64,000 bases of DNA from Histomonas meleagridis 2922-C6/04-290x (lineage: Eukaryota > Protista > Parabasalia). Of the stretch, positions 27,451 to 39,900 are shown piece by piece. A program made the position numbers and the translations under genes. Within the stretch, counting starts at the first letter, position 1, and each line of letters starts with the position of its first letter. The stretch is from assembly GCA_020184695.1 (NCBI GenBank), contig JAANOX010000032.1:1-64000 (forward strand), in the 5' to 3' direction. Under the pieces are notes generated by a model. It worked only from the letters and a program-made list of their open reading frames with translations, had not been told where the DNA came from and ran no database searches.

Positions 27451-29244
27451 TGAAGCAGAGAGCTGTTGACCTTTTTAATAAACTGGGCAATGATAAATAC
27501 CCAAGCTCATCTCTTCCACCATTCAACTCTTCATGAAGGCTTTACCAAGTGTTCAGGTCTCGTGTGCGCTATAATCTCCACCGTATTAACAAAAAAGAAA
27601 CGCCAATACCAACATTTGTGCGGACGAAGAACATCATGGTAAAGACTGTATTCGCGGCAATGATTTGTCGATATTCGCTTGCAGTAAAAAAACAGGGGGC
27701 TAGGCAACAAAACAATCGGAGAATAAGTTCTTTGGTATGTTGTCATTCAACTATTGGAACAACTCATGCTTCACATTCAAAGCAATTTAATATTCGAAGA
27801 AGAGATAATTTTCATTCGAGTGCCTATCGCTAATGCCGCGTTCATCGACGGATTCAAGTGAAAATTGTATTAGTGTCTTTTCGATTTTCGTGCAAATCTC
27901 AGCGTTTTCGTTCAGTGCAATGACCAGCATACCGACCACTACCTGTTCCACTGACAAGATGCGATCAGAATGGAGTGTGCAAATGTGTGCAGGCCGACGC
28001 AAACTGGCGGTGTCTTGAAGCAATGGAGAGGCGAATGCTAAAACAACTGACGAGTTTCATAAGGCTTTATCGTCGACTCGTCTTTACCTTTGTCACAAAA
28101 TCGCTAACCGATCATTCTGCACAGAACTAAAAATAGCTATCGATGCAGGATCGGATATGGCGAAGTCAAAATTGAGATTTGGCGTAGATATTAAAGATAT
28201 AAACCAATGTTTTCAAATGAGAAGAGATTAGGTCTGAGTTAATCATATCTTGGAATCATGGAGACAAATATCTCGAAGGTATAGTTAGTGAAAAACCAAG
28301 TTCAAACAATATTTTCATCTGAAAAGTCATTGAAATGTAATATTCATTAGAATAGTCAAACAATGGGGTACTGAAAATATCGTTTTTCCTTTGCATTTGA
28401 TGTATATAAATACAAGATTTTGCAAATATCTTAACTCAATTATCACCAAGACCTTGTGTAAATATAAATAGTATCATGTTGTCGTGTAACTATTGAAAAG
28501 CGTGCTTAAAATGATTTCGTTAACAATTTCAAATATCTTTTTATTTGACCTTCTTCAACAATGCGTTATTCTCTTTTCCCAGTTTCTTACAAATGGATTC
28601 AAGAGAATCTTTGCTCTATTCTGCAAACTCTTGCTGACAAATGGTAAGGCCTCTGTGAATCTTGTGTTTGTAATCACCAAATGTTCTCCTGGTCAAGGTA
28701 TCGGCGATCTCAGATATAGCAATAACTGTTTTTTTGATTTCGATTACCCAGCTGTGACAAGCTCTGGCTCCTAAACGCTAAAACTCTTCAACCTCAGGAG
28801 ACATCTCCTGAAGCGTAACATCAAGGTCAAGCCATTCGTTTGCAGCTCGTGGTGGCATATTACCTCTACCGTGAATTTCTTCGATATACCAAAAATAACC
28901 ACATCGATGTTTTGAAGCTGAATTTGTGCAGATCGCGTCTGATAAATCAGATCAGTCAATCACCGATGATGGAAGTTTCTCTAAACCATGCATCCAAAGA
29001 ATGAAGACAGTGTGGTTTTGTGTTCGTTACTGCAAACCACTGCACTGACAGGCTCATATCAGCTGTTGCGAAATGTTTAAACGCATCATGCTGATGGACA
29101 TGTTTTATGCTCTTCTAGGCAAAATGCATAGTACAAGAAAAAAGAAATGTAAAAAAGGCTGAGTAAAATATAAAAAATAACAATAAACTTTTGAGCTTCG
29201 ACTGGCAAACTGAAAATTACTGGATGCAAAACAAATTCAAGCAA

Positions 29245-29700
29245 ATGAACTCCACCAATTTCACAAAGGTGTTTTGAAACTCTGTTATAGCGTGCAGTGA
29301 TGTGATCTGAAAATGAATGCGGAGTGCAGCCCACAACATATGAACAAAATTTACACAAGAGTGGACTGAGACTGTATCGTTAAGATTGTCACTCTCTTGC
29401 GTGGTGCTGATGTTGTTGTAATTTATTTACAGGCCTTCAAGCTTTATGAAGTCCTTTGGCTGAGTGAAGGTGGGTGGCGACAGTATTGAAATGTCCGGAA
29501 AAGACTCATAAATATATTGTCGGAAACAAGTGATCTTCAACATTCCATCAGATGAGCTGCTAATTGCAAATGACAAAAATTACATCGATTTGAATCTTTC
29601 AAATAATGACAGAGCTTAAGATATGTCTCCAACAATTCCAAAGCATTGAAACATTGAAGAAGTTAAAAATCAAAATGCAGACAATCGATATAACTGATTA
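29245..29700 (+). pseudogene. Mirror copy of the Rab-like gene
   Basis: ATGAACTCCACC at 29245, CGTGGTGCTGATGTTGTTGTAATT (RGADVVVI) at ~29,400 and GTCGGAAAC (VGN) at ~29,520. Confidence 0.65.
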
Positions 29701-30899
29701 AAAGTATTTGTGTGTCTTTGACACATTATTTTTGTATGAGTAAAAATGCTCTGTAATGTTTAACAGATTTGATAATTATATTTATAGTATCATTATGAAC
29801 GTTGGTATATCTATCATTTAATCTACTGGCAAAAGGCATTGCTTTACAACTCACATATGTTATGTGCATGTTGAGAAACTTCCCAAATAGTGGATACTAT
29901 GCTTTTATTTGAGCTATTATTACGTCGTTTTCTCATTTTTAAAAAATCATAATATTGGCTAAGCGCAATGAAGCACTCTATCTGCTGTAACAAAGCAAAA
30001 TGTGTTGATTGAAAATGGTATTTGCAGTCAATAAGTTTGACCCGATTACCATTACAACTTTCTGTGTTTCAGTGGCACATAAACTTTGTGCTTAGTGTTC
30101 CTTCATTTAACAGTAAAACTAATATTATTCATTTTGACAAATGATTTTTGGTCCCATTTGGGCTCACTAACATATGAATCTAATCAGGACTCAGTAACTC
30201 GCTTCAGAGAGCAAGATTTGTTTTGAAACAATTTTCATGTAATCACTGCCACAATGAGTATAATAGAAAATGTTTGTAGTGGTCAACACAACAAATCTTA
30301 GATCTCAAGCAATCATTTGGTCTTGACAGATTAGTCAGTTCTCTGTTCCCCAGTATTTTAGAAGAATGTGAAACCAAATAAAATAGAAGATAACAAGATT
30401 AGTGAACAAATAAGATGTTGGTGCCATGATTAGAGGAAAATTATGTAGCTTATGTTTGCAATGGCAAAGCTGTAAAAGAATCTCGAAAATCCAACTCCAC
30501 AAATATTTTACAGAGCATCAACAACAGCAAGTTATCATGGTAGCTGATGTTTATTTGACATCCGAACAAACAAATAAATATTGAAACAATACAAATTATT
30601 ATTTGATGCAAATACATTTTGTTTTCACATCATATTCAATAACTCACCCATTGTGTTCCAAAAGCATGGCAAATAACAAGTATAAAAATGGTTTACAATA
30701 TTTCATTTAACTTTTAAATTTTGTTGTTTGGTACAGGGACAAGAAAATGATATAATTATTATCTGAAATAACGCATGATAATTATACGTTTATATGTAAA
30801 GACATTCATCTCACAAGATGAGTGTGTGAGAGTGAATGGTTTGTAATGTTGTAATGTCATCAGTTCATAACATGAAATGGTTTTGAAGTGTACTAGTTT

Positions 30900-31150
30900 C
30901 GGTTTCTACTTTTGGCTGTAGCTGGGAGCCATTCTTTCGCGTGCACTGCCATGGCGGCTGTCATATTACGCCCAGGCACGCCTGTGGGCGTGCGGCGACT
31001 CATCAGAAACTTCCACAGCCCCAAGCATTCTTGATATTTCAATATTTGAAAGTTTCTGGATGCTGTCTTCGAAAGACCGAACTGATTTATTCAAATATAT
31101 CAGGTGTGATTATTTCTCTTTACGATGACCACTCTGTGAAATTTGAATTG
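30900..31150 (-). pseudogene. Mirror copy of the HMG-box segment
   Basis: Reverse complement contains CGAAGACAGCATCCAGAA...AATATTGAAATATCAAGAATGCTTGGGG, matching 7,915-7,970. Confidence 0.65.
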
Positions 31151-32259
31151 TTGAACAGACGCGATAACAATATTTCGTGAAGTCGAACAACAGACTATTT
31201 CAGTTTAAATATGATATTTTGTCGGCATTTTACACAAGAAAATTGCTGACGATAAATTTCACACAAAACTCTGTTATAACGTTCTCTGAATCTTTTGTGT
31301 CGAAGAACAAAATTCCTTTTTAAACAGGCAGGTATAGCTGCTGGTGATATTTTGGTCGTTTTTAATATCATTTTATTCATGTTTCAAGCTATCTGTTATG
31401 TTGTTTGTATTAATAATAAAAAATTTGTTTGTGTCCATTCTGTGTGTTATATTCGAGAAATCACTTTCGGCAAACCTTCAAATAACAGTTTGCTTTTATT
31501 GTTGATGAACGGCAACAAACCTCAAACAATGATAAAAGAAGGTGGTATGGTAAATAATAGTGGTAGGATCCTCCTCTGAGATCAGTAGCGATAACCTTCA
31601 GGCAGAACGTTACAGGCTAGAGCAGCGGCGAACGGCTGCCACCTGGGTCAAGACTGATGGCGATATGATAATGCAGGCAGAAGAATGTCAGCAAAATCGA
31701 GCTGCAGAAATACTTGAAAAATCGAGAGGGTTGATGTCTGAGGTTTTAAGATGTCATTTTCTTAATCTATCTTTTGTGCAAAATATTTCATGTGCAATCT
31801 AGTTTAAATGGATTTATGAAAAATGTTTTTATAACATGTTAAAAAAATATGATATCTTTTTCCTCTCTTGAATCTATACGAGTTGATATTTCATTTGAAT
31901 CATTGTTTTAGGGCGCTGACAACAATTCTTTACCAAAAATGGAATTCCAACAATGCTATCTGTTATGTCATCTGTTTTCTTTACGAACGATATTTCGGTA
32001 TAATCATTCTTTGCAGCCATGTGCTGTCATGCTGACCATAAATCGTATTTTTGTTTGTTTCATCAGCAACCTTTGTGTAAAATGGTGCTATTTCCACGGC
32101 AATGATACTTAAAATAACATATCAGAGGTTTCTTAAACAAGGTAATTACTGTGCGTTGAACTGTAGTATTTATTGAATGTTTCATGAGTAATAGTACTTT
32201 GAGTATTATATCAATTCTTTTCTTTTAAACTGTGTTTTGTTATTTCTTTGGCAAACCGT

Positions 32260-34200
32260 GCTATTATTCGCTTCATTAATAGTAATTCCATTACTTCATT
32301 AAGTAATTCCGGCTGCTTATTCATTCACTTCATTAAGTAATTCCATTTGCCTATGAGTCACTTCATTAAGTAATTCATTTTTTTGTGGTTTTTTTCTTAT
32401 TCATTCACTTCATTAAGTAATTCCATTTCTCTCTCATTCACTTCATTAAGTGAAATATTCGTTTCTTATTCATTCACTTCATTAAATAGATTCCATTTCT
32501 TATTCAATTCACTTCAATTAAGTAATTCCATTTCTTATTCATTCACTTCACTAAGTAATTCCATTTCTTATTCATTCACTTCATGAGCAATTCCATTTCT
32601 TATTCATTCTACTTCATTAAGTAATTCCATTTCAACTATTCATTCACTTCATTAGCAATTCCATTTCTTGTTTCATTCACTTCGTAAAGTAGTCCATTTT
32701 GCCCTTGATATTCACTTCATTAAGCATTAACTTCATTTGTACATGCTTCATTAAGTAATTCCATTTCTTTTTGTTGTTATTCATTCACTTCATTAAGTAA
32801 TTCCATTTCTTATTCATTCACTTCATTAAGTAATTCTTTTTTTGTTGTTTGTTGTTTGTTTTTTTTTGTTGTGTTCATTTCTTATTCATTCGCTTCGTTA
32901 GTAATTCGATGGTGGTGTTTTTGTTTTGTGTGGTTTTTTGTGTTGTGTTGTTTGTGGGTTTTTGTTTTGTGTGTTTTTTTTGTTGTTTTTTTTTTGTTTT
33001 TGTTTTTTGTTTGTGTTGTTTCTTTATTATTCACTTCGTTAGGTAATTCCATTTCTTATTCATTCACTTCAACTGTAAGTAATTCCATTTCTTATTCGTC
33101 GCTGTTCCATTGCGTTATTAAGCTGTTGTGTTCATTGCTTATTCTGTTCTTAGGTAAGCAATTCCATTTCTTATTGCATTCACTTCATCCAGTCTTATTC
33201 ATTCACTTCATTAGTCATTCACTTTCTTGTTCATGCACTTTCGTGTATTCCATTTCTTATTATTCATAGCACTATTCAAGCTATGTGTGTTCACTTTAAT
33301 TTCAGCTATGTCAGTCTACTTCATTAAAGTAATTTCATTCAACCACTAGTGCTAGTGGCATTTCTATTCATTCACTTCATTAAGTAATTCCATTTCTTAT
33401 TCATTCACTTCATTGAAAGTAATTTCGACTCTTATTCATTCAGTTTAATAATTGTGTTCTGTTTCTTATTCGTTCACTCAATTGATATTTAAAACTTGTC
33501 ATTCACTTCATTAAGTAATTGCATTTCTTATGTCATTCACTTCATTAAGTAATTCCATTTCTTATTCATTCACTTCATTAAGTAATTCCATTACAACTGA
33601 CTCATTCGCTTCATTAAGTAGTTCCATTTCTTATTCATTCACTTCATTAAGTAATGCATTTCTTTATTCATTCGCTTCATTAAGCAATTCCATTTCACTT
33701 ATTCATTTCTTCGTCAAATGCATTCACTTTCATGCATTCTTATTCATTAACTGATACGTGTTGTTTCAACATTAAAAGTATGAAGTATTCCATTTCTTAT
33801 TCATTCACTTCATTTGTATTCATTTCTTGTCAGTCTTCGGTAAAAGTAATTCATTTCTTATTCATTCACTTTCATTAGTAATTGCATTTCAATGACTAAT
33901 TCGCTAATTAGGCAATTTCATTTGCTATCGTGCGCCTCGATAGATAAATGTCCATTTCTTTATTCATTCACTTCATTTAAGCAATTCCATTTCTTATGCA
34001 TCCATTTCTTGACCATTCACTTTCATTAAATATTCATTCTTCATTAAGTAATTCCATTTGCTTATTGTTCGCTTTAAACATCAAATGATTCACTTTCGCT
34101 ATTCATTCAACTTTCATTGAAAAGTAATTCCATTTCTTATTCATTCACTTCATTAAGTAATTCCATTTCTTATTTCATTCACTTTCACATTCTCATTTCA
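32260..34200 (+). repeat. 33-bp minisatellite array, consensus TTCATTCACTTCATTAAGTAATTCCATTTCTTA (reverse complement of the 4.4-6.5 kb array)
   Basis: Near-perfect units at 32,520-32,600, 33,360-33,415, 33,530-33,590 and 34,120-34,170. A T/G low-complexity patch at ~32,830-33,030 interrupts it. Confidence 0.95.
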
Positions 34201-34227
34201 TTCGCAAATTTCATATCTATCAGGCGT

Positions 34228-35118
34228 TTATTCACTCAAGTATTTCTCCTGGTACTCCTGCGCTTGTCTCTCATGGAGTTTTGGCCAGCATTTCAGTTGT
34301 CGTTCAGTAATCTATTTGCGCACTGTCTGCATATCCTAAACTTCGCGTACTGTTCGTAAGCTGGCTTATCTGATGCTCTTTCTACCATTCCCACCAACTG
34401 CTCTGTTGCTATTTCCATATCGACCCATTTGATATATTTCAGAGCATGTGGAAGTTATCTGTCTTATTATCCATGAGATATGCCTTTGGGTAACTCCAAA
34501 TGAGCACTGATCTTGCGTCATCGATAGCCTTGAAGACAGTTTTCATGAATTCTGTTGCAGTTTTCTCGGACATATCTGTTAAGTTACTTATCACTTCTTT
34601 CAAAGTTTTCTCACGTGCTTTCTTTCGCTATCTGTGTGTGATTGGATATGTCCACTCTATCTAGAATGGTAAAAGTCAGATCGTTATGTCGACGCAGTCT
34701 ACAATTCATTCATGAGGTGGCGGGTAATAGTGTCTTCTCTGTCTAGTCAATGTCTTGTTTCCTTAATATCAGATTCATTCCCAAATTGTATATTTCCATC
34801 GAATTTGTTACATAAGCTGAAAGTCGCTCATGGCTGTCCTTAGCTATCGCCACACACTGGCGGAAACTCACTTAGTGACATTTCCCACATACTCATACAG
34901 ATGCAAACCGCCTTGCTTCTCAATAGGAGATCTACATTTCGGACATTTCTTTGCGAGTTCTTCGCTAGCAATCTCTTCTGACGTCATTTCGGCGAGCTTG
35001 TAAAGCACGGAGTGACGACTTTCGAGAAATTGCCTGGTAGTAACGCGCATAGCTTAGGATCCATTCCAGCATACTTAAGCTCGATCGTTGCTCAGCTTTT
35101 AACTTTGTTTCCGTTCTT
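34228..35118 (-). pseudogene. Frameshifted 3' half of the Ariadne/RBR gene (RING2 and helical C-terminus)
   Basis: ORF 34868-35050 contains KKCPKCRSPIEKQGG (RING2). Comparing the two arms places the real stop near 34,228-34,230. The frameshifts coincide with the onset of sequence noise. Confidence 0.7.
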
Positions 35119-36222
35119 TCATTCGTTCTTTCTCTTTAACTTCCTTGTAGGTACGTCGTAATCGCGAGCTTCCCATATCGCTTGCGCTTTGACCTTCTTC
35201 TCCCACATGACGGATAAGTTCTTCCAAACTTCGATTTGTTCGCAATCTAATGGTGCATGTGAATCTGCATGACATCGCCAACAGATCCGTTTCCCACATG
35301 AACATTCAGCAACATTACATGGGCCAACGCAATTGATGGTTAGAACTTGTTGACAGCCAGGATTCGTGCATGGTAATAATTCAGAGTCACGTAAAATTTG
35401 ATCTTCCATAAGGAAATGTTTGAAGTTCTTACATACCTCTGGACCACAGTACTCTAATATGTCCGATTCCATGATTTGTTGTGGACATCCTTGACTCATA
35501 CATTTGATGACTTGGTTTCCGCTTTGTATTGAGTTCATGATATGCTCCTTCCAACAGTCTAAGCAATAACGGTGACCACAGATAAGCTCATAACCACAAT
35601 CAGAATCACAATAACAAATTTCACATTCAATTTCACCAGGTACTTTCTTAAGTCGAAGTGAAGATTGCGCCATGGAAAGTGGAACATGAATTTCCTCAAA
35701 ACATTTCTCGCGATTTTCACAGAGTTTGGTGGAAACATTGGAATAATTCCATGAAAAATGTTGAAGAAGAAGAAATGAAACATCCTCGGAAAAACAAAAG
35801 GTGGTCGAAAGCCTTTTGACAAGATCGTTTTGTTGCTTTTCTAAAAGTTCTGGAGATAAAACATCTGTTGATGGTGGTTCTTCTTCCTCTTCAAATGTAA
35901 GATCAACATTGGCTTCTTGTTCTTCTTCAAGATATTGTCCTTCTTCATTCCCAAAGAAAATTTGATGATATAACAATTGTTCATTATCAGCACATTCATC
36001 ATCATAAACAATTTTGGTGAACCGATTATAAAGGTCTGGGTTGTTTACCTTCTGCAAAAAATCAAGAAGATGCTTGCGAGTTTCTTCTGAAAAATATTCA
36101 TCTTGATTAAATTCTTCTACAGCTGCATCAAACCATGGAATACAATCATCATCTTGATAAAGCAAGTCACGAACTTCTTCGCCAACTTGTGATATGTACT
36201 CAAAGGATTGGTAATCTGCCAT
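35119..36222 (-). CDS. Ariadne-like RING-IBR-RING E3 ubiquitin ligase (IBR domain protein); ORF truncated by errors, true gene probably extends to ~34,228
   Basis: Acidic N-terminus, UBA-like segment (LLLQHFSWN), RING1 (CEICYC...CGHRYCLDCWKEH...CMSQGC) and IBR (CTNPGC...CSCGKRICWRC...HAPLDC). Confidence 0.9.
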   Translation of the reverse strand: MADYQSFEYISQVGEEVRDLLYQDDDCIPWFDAAVEEFNQDEYFSEETRKHLLDFLQKVNNPDLYNRFTKIVYDDECADNEQLLYHQIFFGNEEGQYLEEEQEANVDLTFEEEEEPPSTDVLSPELLEKQQNDLVKRLSTTFCFSEDVSFLLLQHFSWNYSNVSTKLCENREKCFEEIHVPLSMAQSSLRLKKVPGEIECEICYCDSDCGYELICGHRYCLDCWKEHIMNSIQSGNQVIKCMSQGCPQQIMESDILEYCGPEVCKNFKHFLMEDQILRDSELLPCTNPGCQQVLTINCVGPCNVAECSCGKRICWRCHADSHAPLDCEQIEVWKNLSVMWEKKVKAQAIWEARDYDVPTRKLKRKNE

Positions 36223-36936
36223 TTGGATGTGTCAAAAATTTTGATTTTTACAAACTTTGTTCGAATATTTACATTGCCAAAAAAACCTATCGTCATTTGT
36301 CAAACATGTGGCGTTTTGGATTTAATATTTTATATTTTTTAATTTGAAGCATGGATTTGTTTGCAGATGAACTGTTGTAAGAAAAGATTCTTTAAAAAAT
36401 AGTTTTTTAAAAAGAACATGACTTGATATGAATGATTTTTATAAATGGTCGGCGGTTAATATTCAAAAAAAATGTTTTTTGAATGGATGTAAACAATATA
36501 GTTCACATCATTTATCTGCTAACAATTGGATAAATCTGCAAATATAGTTAAATGATGATAATAACATTTGATTTAAATAAAAATAGCAACCAGCCTTTGA
36601 ACTGTAACAATATCATATAGTCAATAAGAATCTTTAATTAAATTGCATTTTCACTATCAACATTCGTAAAGCTTGAATGAAATCTTTGTAAGCAATTTTA
36701 TTATAATTGAAAAATTAAAATTTTTGAACAAATTTGGTGTGCATTTGTTTTTCTTAAATTTTCATTGCGATCTAAAAAAAGAGGTCTTGCTACGAGGAAA
36801 AACAGTTTGCAATGTAACACTTATAAAAAGAATGGATTAACTCCAAAAGTTTTGCAAGAATAATTTTTATTTAAACGTATTTCTATCGTTACTGCTGTTT
36901 AACGTACATCAAACAAAAGTGACATAATTGGTTTCA

Positions 36937-39900
36937 ATGAGCGATACCCCAACGCGCCATTACATTAAGAAGACGCCCATTTCACCACGCCTCATTCCTA
37001 AAGTAACATCTCCGAAACCAAAAGTTCAAAATAATTCTTCATATGTTTCGTTTAAAAATCAAAGATTAACATCAATTGATTTACAAGGCAAATACCAAAC
37101 AGTAAATTGTCTTGATGTCGAAAATAATAAACTAACAAATGAATCTATAAAAGAATTACCCAATACAATTATATCTTTAAATTTAACATCAAATCCTTTA
37201 ACATCATGTTTTCTACCAAATCTTGAAAAATTACATTCACTTCTTCTTGATAACTGTAACGTTACTTCGTTTGAAGGATTTCCATGTTTTCCAAACCTTC
37301 GGTTCTTATCAATGTCAAATAATCAAATTTCAAATTTTAACAAATTTCCTGTTCTTCAAAATTTAGAAACTATTAATTTATCAGGAAACACATTTGATTT
37401 CACATCTAAGATTACAATTGCTGCAGTTGGATCAGTTTATCTTCGTTATTTCAACGAAAAACAATTAACAGAAGAAGAATTAGAAAATGCTTTTAAACTT
37501 TCTCCAATTGTTGGAGTAGCATTACGTCAAGGTCGTGATCCCTCAGAACAAGATGATGAAATCTCATTTTCTCAAAAATTCCTTACAGAAGATCTTTCTG
37601 ATTTTCTTTCAAGTCAAGGAGAGCCAACAGATAAGCTCTTTCTTCAAGAAGAAACAGAAGATGATCATACAATCATTAAATTACCATATGATGATTCAAC
37701 ATCAATCAAATGGTACCGTAACCAACCACCTAATAAAACTAATGAAGAATGGGGCTTAGTTGAAGAAGGGACTCCAACATTAATTATTAATCAAGACATC
37801 AAACATCACATCATCAAATGTGACTTTGAATTAAACGGTCGACTTTTTTCAATTTATTCTGATCGTCCGGTATCTTCTGAAGATAAATATTTATATTTAC
37901 CATTTCCAATTGAACCTAAAATCAGTGGTGAACCTTTTGAAGGATCTTTTCTATCATTATTACCAACATCAATTCCAACATATGTTACATGGCTATGTGA
38001 ATCAGAAATCATATGTAAAAATTCTAAAAATGTTTTCATTACTCCCGAAAATGTAGGTAAAACAATAACATGTCAAATACAGCCATATTTACCATCACTT
38101 CCATCACAAAAATTCAACATTATCACCATTGAAACAAACTTAGTCAAATCATTGACACCGTTTATTTCAAACGTATCGTTCCCAGAAACGATAACGGAAA
38201 ACGAGACGATAGAATTCGACCGTTTATTCATTCCGAAAAATTCTGAGGGAGAGTCCGTTATAACGATAGAGAGGACAAGAAATCCATCAGAACAATGGCA
38301 AACGATAAGTACAATCGAACCAAACAATTTTATATATACACCACGAATTGATGACGTTGATTTTTATTTAAGAGTCAAATATATCCCAATTACCAAAAAT
38401 GGTAATGAAGGTAAAACAACTTATTTTTATTCCAAATCACGAGTTGTACCATCGTTACCAAAATTTTCACGTCCAACAATTGCAGGTATCCCTAAAAGTG
38501 GAACCACATTAATTGCATTTGCAGAATATACTGGTGGTAAAAAAGGCGAATGTCTCTATAAATGGCTTTATTCACGCAAACCAATTACGTCGAAGAACAT
38601 ACGAAATCTTCCAATCATTAAACAAGGCTCTCCTTACATTGAACTTGACGATAAAATGGTTGGATGTTATTTAGCAGTCGAAATGACGCCAGTCCGAATT
38701 GATGATGTTAATGGGAAACCAGTTTATTCAGCGATAGTTGATCCGATTGAAAAAGGCAATGAAAATCACAATGAGAAAGAAAAGATTAATTTTACTAATT
38801 CGTTAAATTCTGGTGAAGTTATTGAGTTTAATGAACCTGTAACATTTTATATTACTGACTTTAATGAATATTCTGGATTCTCGATGATAGAAACCAGTAA
38901 AAGTCTTGAAATAAAAGAAGAATATGTTGGCAAAATCATAAAAATCAAAAAAGGAGACAAAGAAGTTATATTAGGCGAAGTTAATAATGTTAAAAATCCA
39001 CAAATCAAAACATTCCAAATTAGTTATGATAAATCGGAAGTTAATTCTAAAGCAAGTTTAATCTTTGATATCGATAATATATCAAATTATGAAGTACAAA
39101 TTCTATGGATACAATCAAAGAATAATAAAGAAAAAATTGTCCGAATTGATACCAATCTAAATAACGAATATGAATTTACATCAGATGATATCTCATCACG
39201 TATTAAAGCGCGTATAAACATATTCGATGATAAACGTCATATTATTACAACATCAGAAACAGAATTCACAACACCAATAAAAGAATTATCAAATCCATTA
39301 CCTATAATTGTTGGTGATTTAATAGAATTTTCAACAATTCATATCGAATATAGTAAACCAATAGATAAATATCAATGGTTACGAAGTGACGTAAATAATA
39401 AATGGATATTAATCTCTACTTCATCAACATATACATTAACGCCACAAGACGTCAACAAATATATACGTGTCGAAGTTACTCTTAATAATAAAACATTAAC
39501 AACAACGACAACAAGTATTATATTACCTTCAATGCCTATTGGCCAAATCGAATTAGAAACAAATGTCATTAAAGAAGGCGATGTAATTGTACCCAAATTA
39601 ATATATAAAGGTGGAATCGAACGTGGGAGTAAATACATATGGGAAAGAGAAGGAAACATAATAAGTAATGAATTAACTTATAGAGTACAAAACTCTGATG
39701 TTGATAAAAGTCTTAAATTTACTTATATACCTTGTCGAAGTGATGGTATATTTGGTGAATCGATATCAGTTATTACAACGGAAATTATTCCTTCTGAACC
39801 GAAGATCGAAAATGTAATTATCAAACAAAACAAAAACGAATTAATATGTGACGGTAAATATAGTGGAGGAATTGAAGGCAACTCGATAATCATTTGGAGA

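Larger units (their letters stand above)
1..38725. repeat. Giant inverted duplication (palindrome): left arm 1-~19,724 mirrors right arm ~19,736-38,725; probably a fold-back read/assembly artefact
   Basis: Reverse-complement anchors read by eye along the whole length: 1-140 vs ~38,585-38,725; GGGGTATCGCTCAT 1701-1714 vs ATGAGCGATACCCC 36937-36950; 2641-2894 vs ~35,690-35,945 (near-identical); ~9,840-9,980 vs ~29,240-29,350; ~13,200 vs ~25,875; GATTATCAAGTTGC 17620-17633 vs GCAACTTGATAATC 21663-21676; TAATAAAAATATCA 19321-19334 vs 20134-20147. Coordinate sums stay within ~38.6-39.5 kb and converge on an apex at ~19,730. Confidence 0.95.

Noticed and set aside
6923-31802. Dozens of 60-140 aa ORFs in the ORF track
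   Set aside because: They are not reproduced between the mirror arms and are chance frames in noisy sequence. Only motif-supported remnants were kept.
32830-33030. Phe/Val/Cys-rich 'membrane protein' ORFs in a T/G patch
   Set aside because: The patch is low-complexity and absent from the mirror array, which is typical of basecalling junk.
32383-34359. ORFs with (SFTSLSNSISY)n repeats
   Set aside because: This is the one stop-free frame of the 33-bp satellite. It has no credible start or domain, and the frame breaks repeatedly.
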